Shown piece by piece: positions 1 through 15,149 of a stretch of 64,000 nt of DNA. The notes beneath the pieces are model-generated. The model saw nothing but the letters and a program-made list of their open reading frames with translations. It was not told where the DNA came from and did not search any database. The position numbers were made by a program, and so were the translations under genes. Numbering within the stretch: position 1 is the first letter of the stretch; each line of letters starts with the position of its first letter. This stretch comes from Eledone cirrhosa (Eukaryota): NCBI GenBank assembly GCA_964016885.1, contig OZ024749.1, positions 48,732,001-48,796,000 of the forward strand. Reading direction: 5' to 3'.

Positions 1-1875
1 ATACGCGCGCTCTTGTGTGTGTGTGTATGTGTGTGTGTGTGAGTGTTTGTTTGTGTGTATGTGTGTGTATATGTACTAATCTTTCATTCAGGCATGTATT
101 CCAAGCATAAATCTCTTCTAGATTTATTTATTTCAAGAGGGTTTTCTATTTTTTCTTTGAACGTGCATTCTATCGTGTGGGTTACTGGAAGCTTTCTAGA
201 AACAGTAATGTGCCTATAATCATTCCGAACGTTTCTAGACTGCTATAATTTTACCTTTAGGTTGAAATTTATTGGTAAGTATTGTTGGAAATTCGTAACA
301 TATTGTTGTAGACATTATTGCCGGAAATTAAATATTTTTTTTATCAATGAAGTGTTGATTTTGTTTGTGTCATATTTATGCTGTCTAAGATATGTTTTTT
401 TTAAATTTTAGTATTGAGTTGTATCTTGAGTATGAATACCGTTATCTGTATAGATAGGGTGCTAAAATAAAATGGATGATCATTAATGGAGCAACAACTA
501 GTATTTGCTTTTGTATTCAAGTCATATATTACAAACTATTAGTGTGGACGGAGGTGAGGAAATATTGCAGAGGTCATCTGAGACACAAAGTTTAAATGGT
601 TCATATGAAACGAATTTGCAAATGCCATTGCAGGAATCGTTCATCTACCCAGATCATATTAAAAGATTTAAGTAACACGAAGCTTTTAGAGACTACCCAG
701 TTTTGACAAGAATAAACAGACATAATGCTGAATTAGTAGTGACTGAGAAACGTAATATATATTAAGTTGATGAAGTCATATCCTCAGGTATGGTTCAAGT
801 TTGATACACAGTTCCTCTTCCAGTAGAGGTGAATGAGTTGTTTTGTGTCTATGAATTCCTACTCGAATGTGGCAGAAAACTGAATAGAACCGGTTTCATC
901 CCGGTTGTGGGTAAATCATGCGAAAACATAGTAATGTTAATTCCCCTGAAATTATAAAGCAAAAATATTTTCTTAAGCATGTTCTCATTGAATTATCTGA
1001 GTCGAGGGAAACAATATATATATGTGTGTTTGTGTGTGTGTATACATCTCTCTGTGTTTCTGTGTTTGTGTGTGCATGTGCGTGTGTCTGTGTTTGAGTG
1101 ATTGTGTGTGTTTTTGTGTGTGTGTGTATATATATATATATACATGCAATTGAAATATGTTAGTAATTTAATCATGATATATTCATGTATTTAAAGTGGA
1201 TATTCTCACTCTACGGTGCAGCGTGTTTCTTTCAGTTTCTGTCACTATCCAACCGCCTCCATCTCTGGTCTTACCCTTCTAAATATATAAGTGTCTCCAT
1301 CTATTTATTTCGATTGGTTTAGAATACCTACGAAAAGGTGGTCTCTTTTATATATTAGTTGAATTCTAAATTGAAAAGAAGTATATACCCTTTTCATTTA
1401 AAATTCAGCGCAGTAATATCCGATCAAGCACTCCAATATAATACTCTGCATGAAGAATAATATTTTTCCTTTGTATTTCGTTTTTTTTCTGGTGTTTTTT
1501 CAATATTTTCTTTCAATTGAAAATATATTTCATTTAATGCAGTTTTCCTCAATATCGCTTAAATGTTCCATTCTTTATAACATTTATATTGAAACACTCT
1601 CATGAAAAATACTTATATGTATACAAAAAGATTTGGTGCATCCTTAATAACATAGAGAGACACATAATTACACGAATTCCACAGACACACGCACACACGC
1701 TCATATTCTCCTACAACCACGAGAATCAACTCTGTTTTTTTTTATTTGTTTATGTTATACTTTGTAGCTGTTTTCGCTTCTTCTCTACTATATTTATTTC
1801 TCTCTTTTCCACACTGTTGAAAGTAAAATGATTCTTATATGTGAGTCATAAAGTATGATGTTTCGTCGTCCGTGA

Positions 1876-1925
<50 letters not shown>

Positions 1926-1943
1926 GTATTGTTGTTGTTGTAG

Positions 1944-3730
1944 TTTGAGTCTCAGTCATTGATGTTATTTAACTGGAAATTTTGTTGAAATGAATATCAA
2001 GCCACTACCTGCAGCCTCAGATATTCAGGACGTATCGGATGGTTCTTGCCGTTCCCAGCAAGCATGCCTTTTGAAGTGTTCCAAAAAGCGGGGTGGGACC
2101 AATTTTCTTTAACCATCCTTGGAGACTCTTTGAGATAGTACCTAGAGCGCCTATGACAATCGGGACCTCTTTGACTTCATGTCAGTTCCAAATCCTTTTT
2201 ACCTCCCATTTTAAGTCCTGGTATCGGTTAATTTTCTCCCTCTCCTTCTCTTGCACTCTCGTGTCGAATGGGCAGGCTACATCCACAATCAGGCACGATC
2301 TTTTTCCCAGGTCAGGTCTATTGTGTTCCAGTTTCGTGTCGGTATGTATCCTAAAATCCCAGAGCACCTTCACCTGATCGTTTCCCATCACCAACTCTGG
2401 CCTATGCTCATACCAATTCTCAGAATGTGGTAAATTGTTTACTTTGCATAGGTGCCAGTGGATCACCCTGCCCATCACATGTCTCCAGCCTTTATAGTGA
2501 GTCTGGGCTAGGTGTTTACACGCGGATACAGTCTCCTCTCTCTCTCCACAGATCCTATACAGTGGGCTAGCCTCCTCCTCTTAAATATGGTGTTTCAACC
2601 ACTTCGTGTTGAGGGCCTGCTCTTGCGCAGCGATTAGCTTTCCTTCTGTAGCCTTTTTAAGGTCTCCTCTTTTCACCAGTTCCATGTCTGTGGATCTCTA
2701 AATTCAGTTTTCTCAAAGAAGGCACTATGAAAGAAATTATCATGAAGGTTGCCCTTCCTCCCTGTTGTTATTTCCTCCTTGGACATCCCTTGGTCTATTG
2801 TCCTCTCCTTCAGTAAATGTTGAGCATTGGCTCCCTACTATCTGTCACGTATTTATGTAGGTTGTTTTTCTCCATCTGAACACAGTCCTCTATGCTGATA
2901 ATACCTCTTCCAACTTCAGATCTCCTTAAGCAGAGTCTATCGACATCACTCCTCGTGTGGAACATGTTGTAGATAGTAAATAGCTTCCTAGTCTTCCTCT
3001 CCATTTCTCTTTGTTGTGCAACATTCCATCTCAGAATTCCCGCACTGTACCTAATAATGGACACAGCTCGGGAATTTACTGCACTGTGGTACCTTTTGTC
3101 AATCACTCTGGTACCTCACCTGACATCAAGTAATTTCCTCACCGAATTTGCTGTTGCTTTGAGGATATTGTTGCACTGGTGAAGGTTCCTCGCCTCAAGG
3201 TATGGGATGACTTTGTTTACCTTAGCTGTTGTTTCTTTTAACTTTTTCCTGTCTACAAATCTTAGGTTTTAGGTTCCCCACTATCATTGTTCAATTCATC
3301 TACCACTAAGTTTAGGATATCAACCAAATCTTGTCCTAGCCCGTCAGCATTCATCTACTCAATGGCCGTATCTATGTTCCAGGTATTATTTATTTCAGCA
3401 TTCAGATCATTGTCTGCTTCGGATGGTTCCTCCGTTCTCTCAACCTCTTCATCCTCATTTCCCACTGGCTCGTTTGCCTGGCATACTCCACTCTCCATTT
3501 CCAACCTAATCTCTTTGCTCAGTTCCTCCAGTTTCCAGCTCACTTATCCACCCATTAGTTCTTATTACCCGAGCCTGCCCGGCCAATTTTTGTTCATCTA
3601 ATTTAAATAGACCAATCTCGTTCCAGATGTTATGCATCCGTTTCCTATAACCTTTCTTCTTGGGGTTACTCTTCAGGTAACATTGCATAACAGTCCTATT
3701 CAATGTTTTCGTCCAGTTGGCTCTCGTCCC
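1944..3730 (-). mobile_element. R4/Dong-clade non-LTR retrotransposon (RLE type), internally deleted with no RT core, inserted in (TAA)n
   Basis: Minus-strand frames in order: N-terminal WTKTLNRTVMQCYLKSNP..GYRKRMHNIW..EQKLAGQARVI; NLRFVDRKKLKETTAKVN; post-RT AVNSRAVSIIRYSAGILRW..RKTRKL..DVDRLCLRRSEVGRG; AAQEQAL; degenerate CCHC (YRICGEREET-VSAC) then RH; RLE HNRPDL..IVDVACPFD..EKINRYQDLK..VPIVIGALG..LQKACLLGT. Short 3' UTR and (TAA)n tail. Flanked by (TTA)n at 1876-1925 and 3731-3845. Contains stops and frameshifts. Confidence 0.9.
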
Positions 3731-3739
3731 TTATTATTA

Positions 3740-3846
<107 letters not shown>

Positions 3847-4779
3847 TGAAGTACCACAAGGGTAGAAAAAATGTCTTTATTAATATTACTGTTATTATTA
3901 TCCAATTAAATATAATGCCCACCTCGCTAAAACGCAGAAAAATGTAGTTTCTTAGTCACATGTTCAAATTAGGTTACAGTTTTCTGGCTATCAGATCCAC
4001 GATTAGAGCGTACATGCATATATATGTTAGTGTTTGTTTGTATAAACCCATAGATATATATATCAAAAACTAAGTTGCAATCAATTGAATGGATTCGCTT
4101 ACCGGAATCAATGCATGATGCCGATGTTATGAAGCTGTGTATTTATCAGTAATCCATTTTGAAAGTTTTGTTAGTGTTCGTGTAGTCTCTTCATTCTACA
4201 GAAACATGAAGCTCAGTAAGATATATACGATATATAGTTTTTAAAAAGTCTTCGTTTTTAAACGAGAGAACATATCAAAGTCAATGAGGGTACGATATGT
4301 CAATCACAACAGTCACGAACAATAATTAGCTAACGATGATAATTTCAAACAGGAAATGGCATGCATTACTTATGGCTCTTTATACGGCAAAATGTTATAT
4401 GAAACCAAGTAGGAGATGCCTTATATAAACTGCCTTTGAATGTTACAATATATTTCAAAACGTAAAAATCAACAAACTCTTTCTTTGGAGAATTGCATCC
4501 AATATTTGAAAATAATTTATAGTCATTAATGGTTTTAAAATTTCCTTTATTTTTTTTTCATTCTATACAATTTTCTAATGCAGCAATCAGTAGAGAAACA
4601 TTGATATCGAATTATTGATACTGATGTAACGTAGAAATGTAATTAAATGCTATTACTAGGGGAGCCAATGGTGGAATTATATACGGTAACGTAATTATAG
4701 TGCATTTTTTCAGTACATTTAGACATTTAATTCGCATTATTTTATCAAGCATACTCAATACTTAAATGATGGCATTTAG

Positions 4780-4865
4780 GTGTGTGACCGATTAGGGAAT
4801 GCATGTATATATATAGAAATGCACATAAACAGACGCACACAATAACTCACTGACACACACACACG

Positions 4866-4934
<69 letters not shown>

Positions 4935-4944
4935 GTATATCTAC

Positions 4945-5020
<76 letters not shown>

Positions 5021-5162
5021 CGAAGGAAATGTGGTAAGGAACCAGGTGGACCATAACGCACCAAAGTACTCAATACTTGAGGTAGTAGAGTGTGTGACCG
5101 ATTAGGGAATGCATGTATATATCTAGAAATGCACATACACAGACGCACACAATAACTCACTG

Positions 5163-5234
<72 letters not shown>

Positions 5235-5238
5235 CTAC

Positions 5239-5298
<60 letters not shown>

Positions 5299-5367
5299 CG
5301 AAGGAAATGTGGTAAGGAACCAGGTGGACCATAACGCACCAAAGTACTCAATACTTGAGGTAGTAGA
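4780..5367. repeat. Tandem duplication, two units of about 310 and 280 bp
   Basis: GTGTGTGACCGATTAGGGAATGC...(CA/TA)n...AACGAAGG...GTAGTAGA occurs at 4780-5089 and 5090-5367, nearly identical apart from (TA)n length. Confidence 0.9.
5019..5092 (-). mobile_element. (TA)n-embedded Penelope-like repeat, 3' fragment
   Basis: AACGAAGGAAATGTGGTAAGGAACCAGGTGGACCATAACGCACCAAAGTACTCAATACTT is shared with copies at 5297, 36246, 40625 and 49771. Confidence 0.6.
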
Positions 5368-5426
5368 GTGAGTCCAGAATTAGCCGTCGAAACGGCTTGA
5401 GCTCAGCTGTCGGGGTCTTACTGGTT

Positions 5427-5428
<2 letters not shown>
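5297..5428 (-). mobile_element. (TA)n-embedded Penelope-like repeat with an inverted segment carrying the 3' half of a hammerhead
   Basis: Same family. The inverted part reads CGAAA-CGGCT-TGAGCTC-AGCTG-TC-GGGGTC (GAAA, stem III, GUC, stem I 3'). (TA)n on both sides. Confidence 0.55.
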
Positions 5429-5507
<79 letters not shown>

Positions 5508-6524
5508 GCGTGTATGTGATCGGACGTGGTGTCTGTATTTGTGTGTTTGTTTGATGGTAATGATATTAAAGATAGCTACAACGTTGATGATGATGAAAAT
5601 AATAATATTGATAATATTTAAGCACATTTTATATATCACAAGGGAGCTATGTATATATTTTGAACTATAGATATATCTGATAAGGTATACTAATAACATT
5701 TGCCATCTTCACAAAAACAGAATTCTTGGAAAATAGAGTTATTTATGTAGAATATTGTATAGGCACATACACACACACACATGCAGGCACACACGCATAC
5801 ATACACACACATGGAAACAAACGCACACACATAAAGATAGACAACAAAACCAATCACACACACCCGCCAAAGAACGCACATGCATAAATAATGGTACATG
5901 AAATAAAGCTCTATAGGGCCAACATTAATTTCAAAACCAAGGCCAATGGGTTTAATTTCATATGTTTCCCATTATTACCAAGATACTGTAGACATGTTTA
6001 TTCATTTCGTTGTTTTTTCTTATGCAAATGCACACACATTACACACTTACACACTGAAGAAGAACAAATGCACACTCAAACACGACTCAGACAAACATAC
6101 ACATGAGTGTATGATTGTGTGCTCTTTACTTAATTCTTTACAATCATTGATATTTGGCCATATTTTGTTATCATATTTACTGTTTTAGTGCATTAAGGAC
6201 AGAACAGGTTTCAGTCTATTATATGTTGTATCTATCTACATTTCCCAGATTACATTGATATATACAGTGTAAACGAATAGCAATAATTCATAGAAAGTCT
6301 CACAAATGCAGACCCCGACACGCATATTATCATGGACATAAACACAATATCTACTACACAAACACATACAAATACACACACCCGAAGGTAAAATGTAATC
6401 ACATTCAACCCAGTTGCTGTACGCAATCGGAAATTATTGACATTCTAATAGATACTACAAAGAACGTTTGATTAGGATAAACCAATTCTAGAAAAGTACC
6501 ACTCATTCACCATTACCAGTAATA

Positions 6525-6742
6525 ATATTGGTTTTAGATTTAGACACAATGGCAACAATTTGTGGGAAGAGGAAATTCGATTACATCAAGCCCAGTGCAT
6601 TAATGTTACTTTATATTATCGATTCTGTAAAATAAAAGGCAAAGCTAAACTCGGCATGATTTGAAATCAGATCGTAAAAGGCCGTAACTATATGCCATAT
6701 ATATGTTGACCGATGCTCCACTACTACTGTCAATCCATCGCT
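6525..6742 (-). mobile_element. tRNA-derived SINE, diverged copy
   Basis: Matches the reverse complement of the 14965 copy (AAAGGCAAAG..CTCGGC..GATTTGAA..CAGATCGTAAA..GTAACTAT..AATCCATCGC). Confidence 0.75.
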
Positions 6743-6754
6743 CTATCAGCAATA

Positions 6755-6872
6755 ATGATTTCTATATTAGACACAATGTCAGTACTTTCTTTTATCGACA
6801 CTGTAAGAAGGAAAGGCAAAGACAACCTCGACAGTATTTTAACTCAGACCATAAAGGGCCGTAAGCATATGA
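6755..6872 (-). mobile_element. SINE fragment, same family
   Basis: GTACTTTCTTTTATCGACACTGTAAGAAGGAAAGGCAAAGACAACCTCG..AACTCAGACCATAAAGGGCCGTAA. Confidence 0.7.
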
Positions 6873-9682
6873 TATACAATTTGAGGAAAAGGAACAGTCA
6901 TACTTATGCTCACTAATAATTGACTGGTACTTTCATTTCTTGGATGTGGGAATGTTAAATGTACCGTAATGTATTTTGCCCACTATCCTAATGTATCATC
7001 AAAATAACCAAGATACTCAAACCAACCAATATTTATAAAATGATCTCAGTGCAACACCTTTCCATTAGCATTTTAAAGCTCTGTCCATTTACACCCCAGA
7101 AAATACACTCGGCGTGAATAATTTATATTGAATAGTTTCAGTAATCTCCAGGAGTTGCAGCAAATCAATACATGTTGTTAATGCCCTTCATAAAAGCGCG
7201 GATATTCTCACTAATCACTAAAATATTTAAATTTTAGGGAAGTATTTGAAGCAACTGATTTCAACATGATTATGTACGAAAAAAACTATTATCTCGAACA
7301 TAAGTAGATTGTTTAGAAATAGTTCATTATTCTAATATATCCAGCTGTTTAAGTATTATAAATATTGCATTGCATAGTGCAGGGAAAATAGTTAATATAT
7401 ATTTTATCGTATTTATTCTGTTAGCGATTATAAGAGAAATGAAATGGGAGGATTGTGATATAAATATAAATGTCATAATGGATCTAATTTTCCCACACAA
7501 AGGTGTAAGTTCAAATCAATGTGGGTTTGGTTTTATATTCTAACCGGCTGGGTTCATCGAGGAAATATTTACGACTCACGCAATTAAATCTATTGAATAC
7601 ACTCCTATAACAGCTATTGTGACATGAAGCCACAAAATTAAATAAAAAAAGCTATCTCCTAATGTATATTCATTCTTTCCATATTTTTTTATTTAAAGCA
7701 CACCCTGGTTAAAATATTGCATTGTATTTACCTGGACGTATGGGAAAAGATTAATAGAACAAGTATAACTATTGATTACGTTTATTGATTAGCGACGCGC
7801 GTTTCGTAATTGATCAGCTCAAGCTTCGATCTGAAAACACTTTATTTTTTCAGAAGTATGTAATCGATTTTAATTACTAAATTTCTTAACATGAACGTAT
7901 TATATTTATATTTGACAGTTGAAAACCGAACTTCCCTCATTTAAAATATGAATATTTTATGCTAAGCAATGTAACTTATATCAATACATATGGGTTTATA
8001 ATCAGACATTCTAACGTTTCAACCGCACACATTTACATGACTATTATTATTAAACACGTGTTCAAATCCGGTAGACGTCATATTTGTCGTCAATTGTTCC
8101 GGTATTAAGAAAAATGAAGCATCCATTTCAAAAGTCCTCATGATATAATCAATTGTTATCTACACCATAAATCAGTATCTCTGTAACTATATCGTCATTC
8201 TATATAAAGGTTGGGTTGAAAATATTTTTCTGAGTTGTATATTAATTGAGAAACATACGGGGTTACGAGAATGAAATGTGTTTTAACAGGGCCACCCCGC
8301 GACCTTTTTAATCGTATCTGTTATTAATGGTACAATGTATTAAAACCTATATCTGTTCTTTTCACCTACTTACGGGTATTGATTTAAATATACAATCACA
8401 CTTCAACCCGCGAGTTATAATGCTTTGATATTCTGTGATCTTGTGTCTGGAGGTAAGACATTTGAATAATTTACTTGACAAAAGTTTAATTGTTATGCTA
8501 GTAAATTGATTATTGATTATTATTGTTGAACACATCTCCAAGCTAATTTACATTGCCTTAGTGATTATGAATTTAAGCCAATTATATTCTAGACAACTTT
8601 TCTCCTGTTCGTGACGAGGCTGTCCACTTGACACCGAAATGTCTCAAGCAGGAAATAATATTTCTTTCACCTTTATAAAGGAAATTCATGAATTCCTATA
8701 TAAAATTATCTTATATAGTTGAAAATAGTTTAATCTGAATAGAATTTAAATTATATATGTATCCGGAGACTACTATAGCAAACATCAGATATAACTTTAG
8801 TAAATAACAAAAATCCATTTGACAGAAATATAAAAGCAAATCTTAACATACTCTTCATTATTAATGATGGTTCACGGTATATGTATAGACTGGTGTTGAC
8901 GTACGTCAGCAAAGACCCCGATGTATGTAAATGTCTGTGCTCTAATATGAAGGCAATATTCGACAAGGCCGTTATACGGTAGAGAAAGGACTTAGTCTAA
9001 ACTTTTAAACGTTTAAAAGAGTAAATGCGTAAAGAGTTTCAGTGTATAAGCTGAAGCGCGTAAAAACCACAGTATAAGTGCACTGAGGTAATTACATCTC
9101 ATCAAATGTGCGCCTGTACGTGCTTATAAATATATATGTCTTCCTTCGTATACTAATGGTGCGAGAGAAAGAGCATAGTTTAAGTTATATATGTCAATGT
9201 TTGCAATCGTATAATTAACACAAAATACAGATAATCATATTCACTCAATATAGACGTTTATAATATTGACACATCGCTATTAATAGGTATCGTAAAGAGA
9301 AACAAATCCCTTGCTATAATTGATAACATTTCACTACTGTCTAGGATTTATTAACGAATTCTTATATCTTGTATCAAAATACATGCATGCAGAGAAATTA
9401 ATGCCCACACGAAGTGAACTATTTTAATTTTCGTACACATACATACACTCACACACACTCACATATACACTACACTAACACACATACATATACAATCAAA
9501 CACACAGAAACATACAGCAATATATATATAAATATACATATAAATATATATATATATATGAATCTATGTATAGTATATTTGGCAATATACCGTATGTTTA
9601 AGTAAAATCGTTTAGAAGACCATACGCTATCAGTTTTAAGTTAGTGACTATGTCACTTACTTTTTTCGGTGAAAAAAGTGAG

Positions 9683-9728
9683 AGAAGCTGACAGCCTGTT
9701 TCACGGTGGTTGGCGTTCTTCAGAGTCA
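9683..9728 (-). ncRNA. Minimal type I hammerhead ribozyme motif (Penelope type)
   Basis: Minus strand: GACU-CUGAAGA-ACG-CCAACCAC-CGU-GAAA-CAG-G-CUG-UC-AGCU. All core bases are present, stem II is 3 bp, stem III is quasi-palindromic, the triplet is GUC, and stem I is weak. Confidence 0.7.
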
Positions 9729-10000
9729 CGCACGCCCCTGCTTCCGCCGAAAATTATAAAAGCTGGATTCTTATATATATATACATATTCGTATATATAT
9801 ATATATATATATATATGTATGAATATATGTGTGTGAGTGTGTGTGTGAGTGTGTGTGAGAGTGTGTGTGTATGTGTGGGTGTAGGTATGTGTGTGGATGT
9901 GTGTGTGTATATATATATAATTGTTAGTTCACGATCTTGAGTACTCAAAGCATGGGTAAGGATATGTTGACACCTCATTCCTACTTATTTTGATTATAAC

Positions 10001-10055
<55 letters not shown>

Positions 10056-10399
10056 TTATATAAGTGCTTAGATCTTGATATGTTTGCACTTGTGTCCTTC
10101 TTTAAGTTCCTGTCAATATATCTGGTTACTTAAATATTCATAATGTCCTGATTTATAACCTAACATGAATCATATGACTCCGGGACGACTTCACGTAAGT
10201 AATATACTTTGAGCTGATATTACTTAATTGATGTCTTCCATAAGATTGATGATTGATCTTCGGTTCTAAAAGCGGATATCATAAAATTTTAAGTTACCAC
10301 AAATACTGACATCTTTTCATAATATACTTATATATAATTTAAACCTATAATATTGAGTGGTTCTACTTTGTTGTTCATATACACCCAGCCACACGCACA

Positions 10400-10936
<537 letters not shown>

Positions 10937-11539
10937 GCCTTTAATATTCGTACACATTTTAAGAGACACTTGATTTATTATCTATCCGAAATCATTTAAT
11001 ATTTATTCTCGGAGTTATCTCAGTTTCTACATTCTTTATAAATGATATCTCCATTACATCCAGTAAAATACATGTTTGCCATTAATTTGTTCGAATGTGT
11101 TCGCTCGTGCAATGTAAATAAATATCCATATGACATAATATGTATACAGAAACCGATGCTAAATTGAGCATAGAATGAAATGATATATTATGAGAATTAA
11201 TCGAACTTGCTTTAACAAATTCGTAAGGAATAAAATATCTAAATTAAACTAAAAATCTTAGTAAACAGAACTTTATAGACAAACCGATGCATACTAAGGA
11301 CATTCTAATTTAAATATATATCCTTATTTAGAATCATAACTACAATGGCGACTTTCTGAATCCTGTATAAGATTAATTTATTTTATCCTAATAAATATAT
11401 ATCATATGATTCTGAAGAGAAGTGTCAGTTACTTCATTTAGTTTCCACAAGACAATCCAATTCCTTTTTATGGCATTCGAATTCCTTTTTTTTTTACCAG
11501 GTTAAATTCATTTTCATCAACACCGTAAATAGACATAAT

Positions 11540-11727
11540 TGTTTCTACTTTAGGCAAAAGGCCAGCAATTTCTCAGTGCATTACTGGTACTTTATTTTAT
11601 CGACCCCGTAAGGATAAAAGGCAAAGTCAACCTCGCGGTGATTTGAACTCAGATAGTAAAGGGACGTAACTATGCTGCAAAGCATGGCGTCCGACCATCT
11701 ACCGATACTGCCAATCCACCGCCATGC
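11540..11727 (-). mobile_element. Full-length tRNA-derived SINE (Meta-like central domain) with 13 bp TSD
   Basis: Near-consensus copy; TSD AAATAGACATAAT at 11527-11539 and 11728-11740. Confidence 0.9.
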
Positions 11728-12079
11728 AAATAGACATAATACGTGTTAATTTCAACCAAAACTTGCTCACTCACGTCAGAGGGCCAAAAGCTATTGAAAG
11801 TTTCTAATTGCTTGTGCTGGGTTATCATAAGGTTAGCTGAGAAACAGCAGGTTTAAACACCAATAGTGTTCCAGCTATATATTGCTTAGACTGTCAATCT
11901 AGAAATATAACAGGATGAGTGTCAATTCTTTTGGTAGACCGACATTGCACCGCATAGTCATCTAATTATGTGGCGTTTAATTCTGCATTACTATTTATAA
12001 AGGAGCTGATCTATGATCCAAGTAATTTTCCTGTGTTCATCTTCTTATTAACAATATAGAGTGTGGGGCGACCGAAGAT

Positions 12080-12420
12080 GTGTTTCTATTTCTGGTTCGT
12101 CTTCCCTTATGAGAACCTCTATCCAAAACATTTTTATATTTCGTATCATGAAAAAACGTAATCAGCCGTTTAATCAGCCGCAGCCTTTACGCCAAGCTTT
12201 TATTTTCATTTCGATCTCTATTTCAAAAACATGTTCTTCGATACGATCTTCTTACAAACCTGATACACTGATGCATGGGATAAACCGCTACTGATTTCGA
12301 CAATGAGTGTAAATTGTTTGATCACGAGAATAATGACTGAGCAATCTTTAGACAGATGCCCATTTATAATCAGAGAAATTTACAAAATCAGGCACTACGT
12401 CATGTTTATCTAACAGTAAC
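12080..12420 (+). pseudogene. Possible decayed class-A GPCR relic (TM1-TM3)
   Basis: IQNIFIFRIMKKR..FIFISISISKT (TM1/TM2-like), then across frameshifts NECKLF and SLDRC..I..YK. Confidence 0.25.
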
Positions 12421-14087
12421 TGTAAAGGTAAATTAATTTCAGCTGAGGAATCATTTATTTTTTAATCATTCATGTCTGTTATTGCCCATAGATATGAATT
12501 TAGATATGAGATAAATGAATTTGCTGATTGAAAATTGTGTTTCCTAGTTATGTATATAACATAGTGATAGAGTACGAACTGAAATAGAAAGTAAATACAT
12601 CATAAAAATGTTCAGATCTGCTATATGTAACAGAAAGCTTGATATGTATTAGAATTTAGGTTTGTAAATATAACTCATAGAGTGAGTTACTGTGACTCAC
12701 ATATCAAGACGCTTATAATTAAACCAAGTATTTCAACTTTGCAATTAGAGAATTAGTAAATAATTAGGATCGAATCTAATACACTCACGTGCAGACATTC
12801 CACGCATCGGTAACATAGACCATCAATATTTGTGTATTTAGGTTATGTGCGTATACCCTGTGAATGTAAACATCCGTCAAACTGTTATTCTTGCTATAAT
12901 CGTTGAATATATATTTCGAGTTTTTCATATTACTTAAATAAAGCTAAGGATGGTATAGGTAATTTACTCTTCCTGAAGTGTTGTTTTAATTTGAACATAA
13001 TGTATGTAGAAAATGGTGTGAATACTGAAACGGTGTAGTGACTTTTCACAAAATACCAGTTCAAATAATCTTCAATAAATCATACGATGTAACTTCCTGG
13101 GCAAAATAAACTTTAATATTTGCTTGAATTATTGTATTTGGATCAAGTATCCCATTCTATCAATAAATACTCCTTGGTTTAAAAAATACGACTTTTGTAT
13201 TTCTGAAATATGTTTGAACGATTCTAGACGGATAAATATATCAAATTACCTGTATATTCTAAATTAATACCATAGCAGAATCATTTGTCTCCAACTTCAA
13301 ACATCATTAATGGTGTATTTGTTTTATATGGAAAGAAAAGATAATCAAAATATTTATATAATGAAATCTATGTGATTTGTCCAATATATCGAGTGATGAA
13401 GGTAGTCAGGTTTTATAATTATTTTTACAGTCGGAAATGTAGTGGCGTTGGAAGATGCGGACTTATATGGGAAAATATTGCTCAACATATCATACAAAAT
13501 TATACACTGCTTAACGGCAACTTTTAATGTTTACAGTGTCTAGTGATTTGCTTTCAATATTTATGAACATATACGAATGATTCTACTTCACATATATAGT
13601 TATTATCTTTGGTGTCTCATAGATGATAGAAATGCCAGCGTGTTTGCGTTTGCAGGATTTCACATATATGAAAGATAAATATATGTAGAGTAAAAGCATT
13701 TAAGATATATAGTGATGTATTTTTAGTTACTTACGTTTGTATTATATATTTTACAGCCATATATACTTGTATGCATATATAAATGCATACATGCATACGG
13801 GGTTGCCATTTTAAAGTTACATTTCAATTTATTTTTTCTGTATGAGACTACAGTAATACACATTGTCCCATCCCCCACAAGATTCACGATACGATCAGAA
13901 CGAACCAGAAACCTAAATGCATGCTTATAAAACATGTTATTGATAGAGCCATACGTGCAAATGTATTAATATAAAATATTCTATTACGAGAAACATTCCA
14001 TTATTTCCCCGGATATAATCTCTGAAGCCCCAAACAAAATATATTTCGTATATTATAGCCCCGAAATAATATGATTACACGCCTCCG

Positions 14088-14914
<827 letters not shown>

Positions 14915-14964
14915 TAGGAAACGAAATCGTTCTAGGAAATATCCTAGATCAATATTTATTAAAA

Positions 14965-15149
14965 GGCGGTGGATTGGGTAGTATCGGTAGAGGGTCGGAC
15001 GCCATGCTTTCCGGCATAGTTACGTCCCTTTACAATCTGAGTTCAAATCCCGCCGAGGTTGACTTTGCCTTTCATCCTTACGGGGTCGATACAATAAAGT
15101 ACCAGTAATGAACTGGGTAATTGCTGGCCTTGTCCCTAAAGTAGAAACA
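14965..15149 (+). mobile_element. Full-length tRNA-derived SINE with 15 bp TSD
   Basis: Head GGCGGTGGATTGG.., B-box-like GAGTTCAAATCCC, central GACTTTGCCTTTCATCCTTACGGGGTCGAT. TSD AATATTTATTAAAAG at 14951-14965 and 15150-15164. Confidence 0.92.

Noticed and set aside
186-242. TTCTAGAA and GAACGTTTC heat-shock-element-like words
   Set aside because: Spacing does not give three in-phase nGAAn units, and no gene start is nearby.
472-790. Exon-like stretch MDDH..QTISVDGGEEILQ.. ending at CAG/GTATGG
   Set aside because: Four in-frame stops in about 105 codons and no recognisable domain.
5040-5092. TAAC..GTAGAG twister-ribozyme-like look of the (TA)n element
   Set aside because: Lacks the conserved twister P4 loop and pseudoknot pairings.
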